IMG/VR virus record: IMGVR_UViG_2660238215_000013
Coordinates: 1-6,491 of that record
Origin: a virus
Taxonomy: Duplodnaviria; Heunggongvirae; Uroviricota; Caudoviricetes
Length of the DNA: 6,491 bases
Reading direction: 5' to 3' (one strand)
Under the pieces are notes generated by a model that was given only the letters and a program-made list of their open reading frames with translations, searched no databases and had not been told where the DNA came from. Made by a program: the position numbers and the translations under genes. Below, in pieces: positions 5,108 to 6,491 of this stretch. The first letter of the stretch is position 1; each line of letters starts with the position of its first letter.

Positions 5108-5115
5108 TAATGAAT

Positions 5116-5220
5116 TCAGTTCCCTAGTCGATCCATCAAAAACACAACCAGGCAGTAAACGCCCACAACAGCAATAACAGCCAGCGCACCTTCCATTGCC
5201 AGTGAAATATCATCCGACAT
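5116..5220 (-). CDS. Small hydrophobic peptide ORF (34 aa), predicted single-TM peptide; not in the ORF track
   Basis: Hand translation: MSDDISLAMEGALAVIAVVGVYCLVVFLMDRLGN, stop TGA 5118-5116. AGGAGGG immediately upstream of the ATG (5220-5218). Confidence 0.45.
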   Translation of the reverse strand: MSDDISLAMEGALAVIAVVGVYCLVVFLMDRLGN

Positions 5221-5255
5221 ATTCCCTCCTTTGGTGTTAATCCCGGCGAACGTTT

Positions 5256-5339
5256 TTACCCCCACCGACAAATAACATATACTAAAAAAGCGATAGCCAT
5301 AGCAACGCCTGTAATTGCAAATGCTTCAGGCCAGTTCAT
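5256..5339 (-). CDS. Small hydrophobic peptide ORF (27 aa), predicted single-TM peptide; not in the ORF track
   Basis: Hand translation: MNWPEAFAITGVAMAIAFLVYVICRWG, stop TAA 5258-5256. ATG 5339-5337 overlaps the stop of the DUF551 gene as ATGA, with AGGAGG 7 nt upstream. Confidence 0.45.
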   Translation of the reverse strand: MNWPEAFAITGVAMAIAFLVYVICRWG

Positions 5340-5920
5340 TGGCGCACCTCCTGCGGCGGTTCTGGTAGCGGCATCCAGTCGGTTACATTGCGGCTCTGTG
5401 TTTCGAAAAATTCATCACCATCACGGACTACATCAAAAAACTCACCGTCTCGATATTGCGCATAAAGAACGAATGCGCCATCACATAAAATAATTACGTG
5501 CTGACAGTCATCCGGCATTCGCTCACTACAGCTTATCCAACCATCCAGAGTTACCGGATAGTTGGTTGACGTTTCCGAGATTTCCCGAAAATTATTGGTT
5601 GACGAACCCTTATTTTCCCGAAAGTTTCCAGCCTGAAGCATGGCGGCGCTGTCTGGCGGGGCAGCATATAGCGGCACGTATATTTCCGGTTCCTTATCAG
5701 CACCGGGTTGCTCTTCCAGTGAGAATGTCTTTCCGGTAAATCGATTCATATAAAGCACGGGCTCTGCTTCCAGCGAAGCCTGAGCAACAAGGGCCAGTGC
5801 TAAATCCAACTCAATTGCCTCGAGAGAATTTTTGAATGCTGTCTGTTTTACTGCAAATTTCATCGCCTTTACATTTTCACTAACATGACTGATTAACTGC
5901 TCTTTTGTAAAAGTGGTCAT
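5336..5920 (-). CDS. Prophage protein with C-terminal DUF551-like domain (194 aa)
   Basis: ORF-track frame 5336..5980 starts at a GTG; the internal ATG at 5920-5918 has AAGGAG 6 nt upstream. C-terminus ...DGWISCSERMPDDCQHVIILCDGAFVLYAQYRDGEFFDV...VTDWMPLPEPP fits the DUF551 pattern as I remember it. Confidence 0.7.
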   Translation of the reverse strand: MTTFTKEQLISHVSENVKAMKFAVKQTAFKNSLEAIELDLALALVAQASLEAEPVLYMNRFTGKTFSLEEQPGADKEPEIYVPLYAAPPDSAAMLQAGNFRENKGSSTNNFREISETSTNYPVTLDGWISCSERMPDDCQHVIILCDGAFVLYAQYRDGEFFDVVRDGDEFFETQSRNVTDWMPLPEPPQEVRQ

Positions 5921-5976
5921 CTCATTCTCCTTTGATGCGAATGCCAGCGACAATTGAAGCCTGATAGCTAATTCAC

Positions 5977-6372
5977 TCACAGTACCGCCTCCTGAAAATT
6001 GCCCTGATAGAACGCCAGTACACGCAGCATAACTTCACTCTTCCGGCACTCGCCACAGATTATGTTCTGTTGTCTGTCGTAGCGGCGTATTTCTCCGTCT
6101 GGTAACTTTCGAATCAATGTCTGGTCGGTTGTTTTCTCCGCTGCCTTACGCCATACGCGATACACCTGTTCTGATGTAAAAACACCGTATTTACCGGGCA
6201 TGTATAAATCGCCACAAGCCAGTACATCCACAAGGCAACGTCTGACTGAATGCCAGCCTGCTCCCGTCGCTCTCTCCAGTTGTGATATCGTCATGCGTTC
6301 ATTTTTGCGTACCAGCCCGATAATTCGGGCCTTCAGTTCTTCACGCTGTTCGTGTGTAAAAGGTTTCGCCAT
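5977..6372 (-). CDS. Hypothetical prophage early-region protein (131 aa) with a probable helix-turn-helix segment (RMTISQLERATGAGWHSVRRCLVDV)
   Basis: ORF-track frame 5977..6387 trimmed to the ATG at 6372-6370, which has GGAGG 5 nt upstream. The stop overlaps the GTG of the next frame (GTGA). Confidence 0.65.
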   Translation of the reverse strand: MAKPFTHEQREELKARIIGLVRKNERMTISQLERATGAGWHSVRRCLVDVLACGDLYMPGKYGVFTSEQVYRVWRKAAEKTTDQTLIRKLPDGEIRRYDRQQNIICGECRKSEVMLRVLAFYQGNFQEAVL

Positions 6373-6387
6373 AAGCGCCTCCGGCAA

Positions 6388-6491
6388 TCACTTTTCCGAC
6401 ACAATACGACCGGATGAATCGACAATCTGCCGAACAATATCCCGGTGCTTGTTCAGCTCCCGCAGCGCGGCGCAGACTCGCTCCCACTTCT
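6388..6491 (-). CDS. Partial CDS, C-terminal 34 codons of a gene that begins beyond the window end
   Basis: Open minus-strand frame from the window edge to TGA 6390-6388: ...KWERVCAALRELNKHRDIVRQIVDSSGRIVSEK. The stop lies within the SD region of the downstream HTH gene (operon-like spacing). Too short to assign a function. Confidence 0.4.
   Translation of the reverse strand, partial: KWERVCAALRELNKHRDIVRQIVDSSGRIVSEK

Noticed and set aside
5921-5980. Longer GTG-initiated form of the DUF551 gene (ORF track 5336-5980)
   Set aside because: The internal ATG at 5920 has a near-consensus AAGGAG SD at ideal spacing, while the GTG at 5980 has none beyond overlap with the upstream stop.
1-6491. CRISPR arrays, insertion sequences, integrase or attachment sites
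   Set aside because: No regularly spaced direct repeats, no transposase-like ORFs and no terminal inverted repeats seen. The only notable repeats are the short palindrome and inverted/direct repeats in the hok leader.

Overview
The window is a stretch of a lambdoid prophage (Qin-like / Stx-phage-like, but without stx) from an Escherichia-type genome. Every supported gene is on the minus strand, so phage rightward/late transcription runs from high to low coordinates. In that order: a partial gene 3' end (6491-6388), an HTH-like protein, a DUF551-type protein, two tandem small hydrophobic peptide ORFs, a hokD-like type I toxin, an AT-rich three-gene operon of predicted membrane proteins (A-B-C, 4595-3089) closed by a strong bidirectional terminator, a 57-aa ORF, a DUF1367-like protein, YbcO (DUF1364), a putative late antiterminator Q, a PR'/tR'-like module, the phage tRNA trio (Ile2-CAT, Arg-TCG, Arg-TCT), about 530 bp without a credible gene where Stx phages carry stxAB, and the 5' end of a NanS-p-like esterase gene (300-1). 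The main candidate for an undescribed system is the A-B-C cassette. It is tightly coupled, compositionally foreign, I recognise no family for any of its three products, and it sits next to a Hok toxin in the prophage early-region/nin cargo position where superinfection-exclusion and defence morons usually lie. Function calls rest on remembered family signatures and synteny, since no search could be run. The supplied ORF track omits several short or window-truncated genes, and several of its ORFs are antisense shadows.
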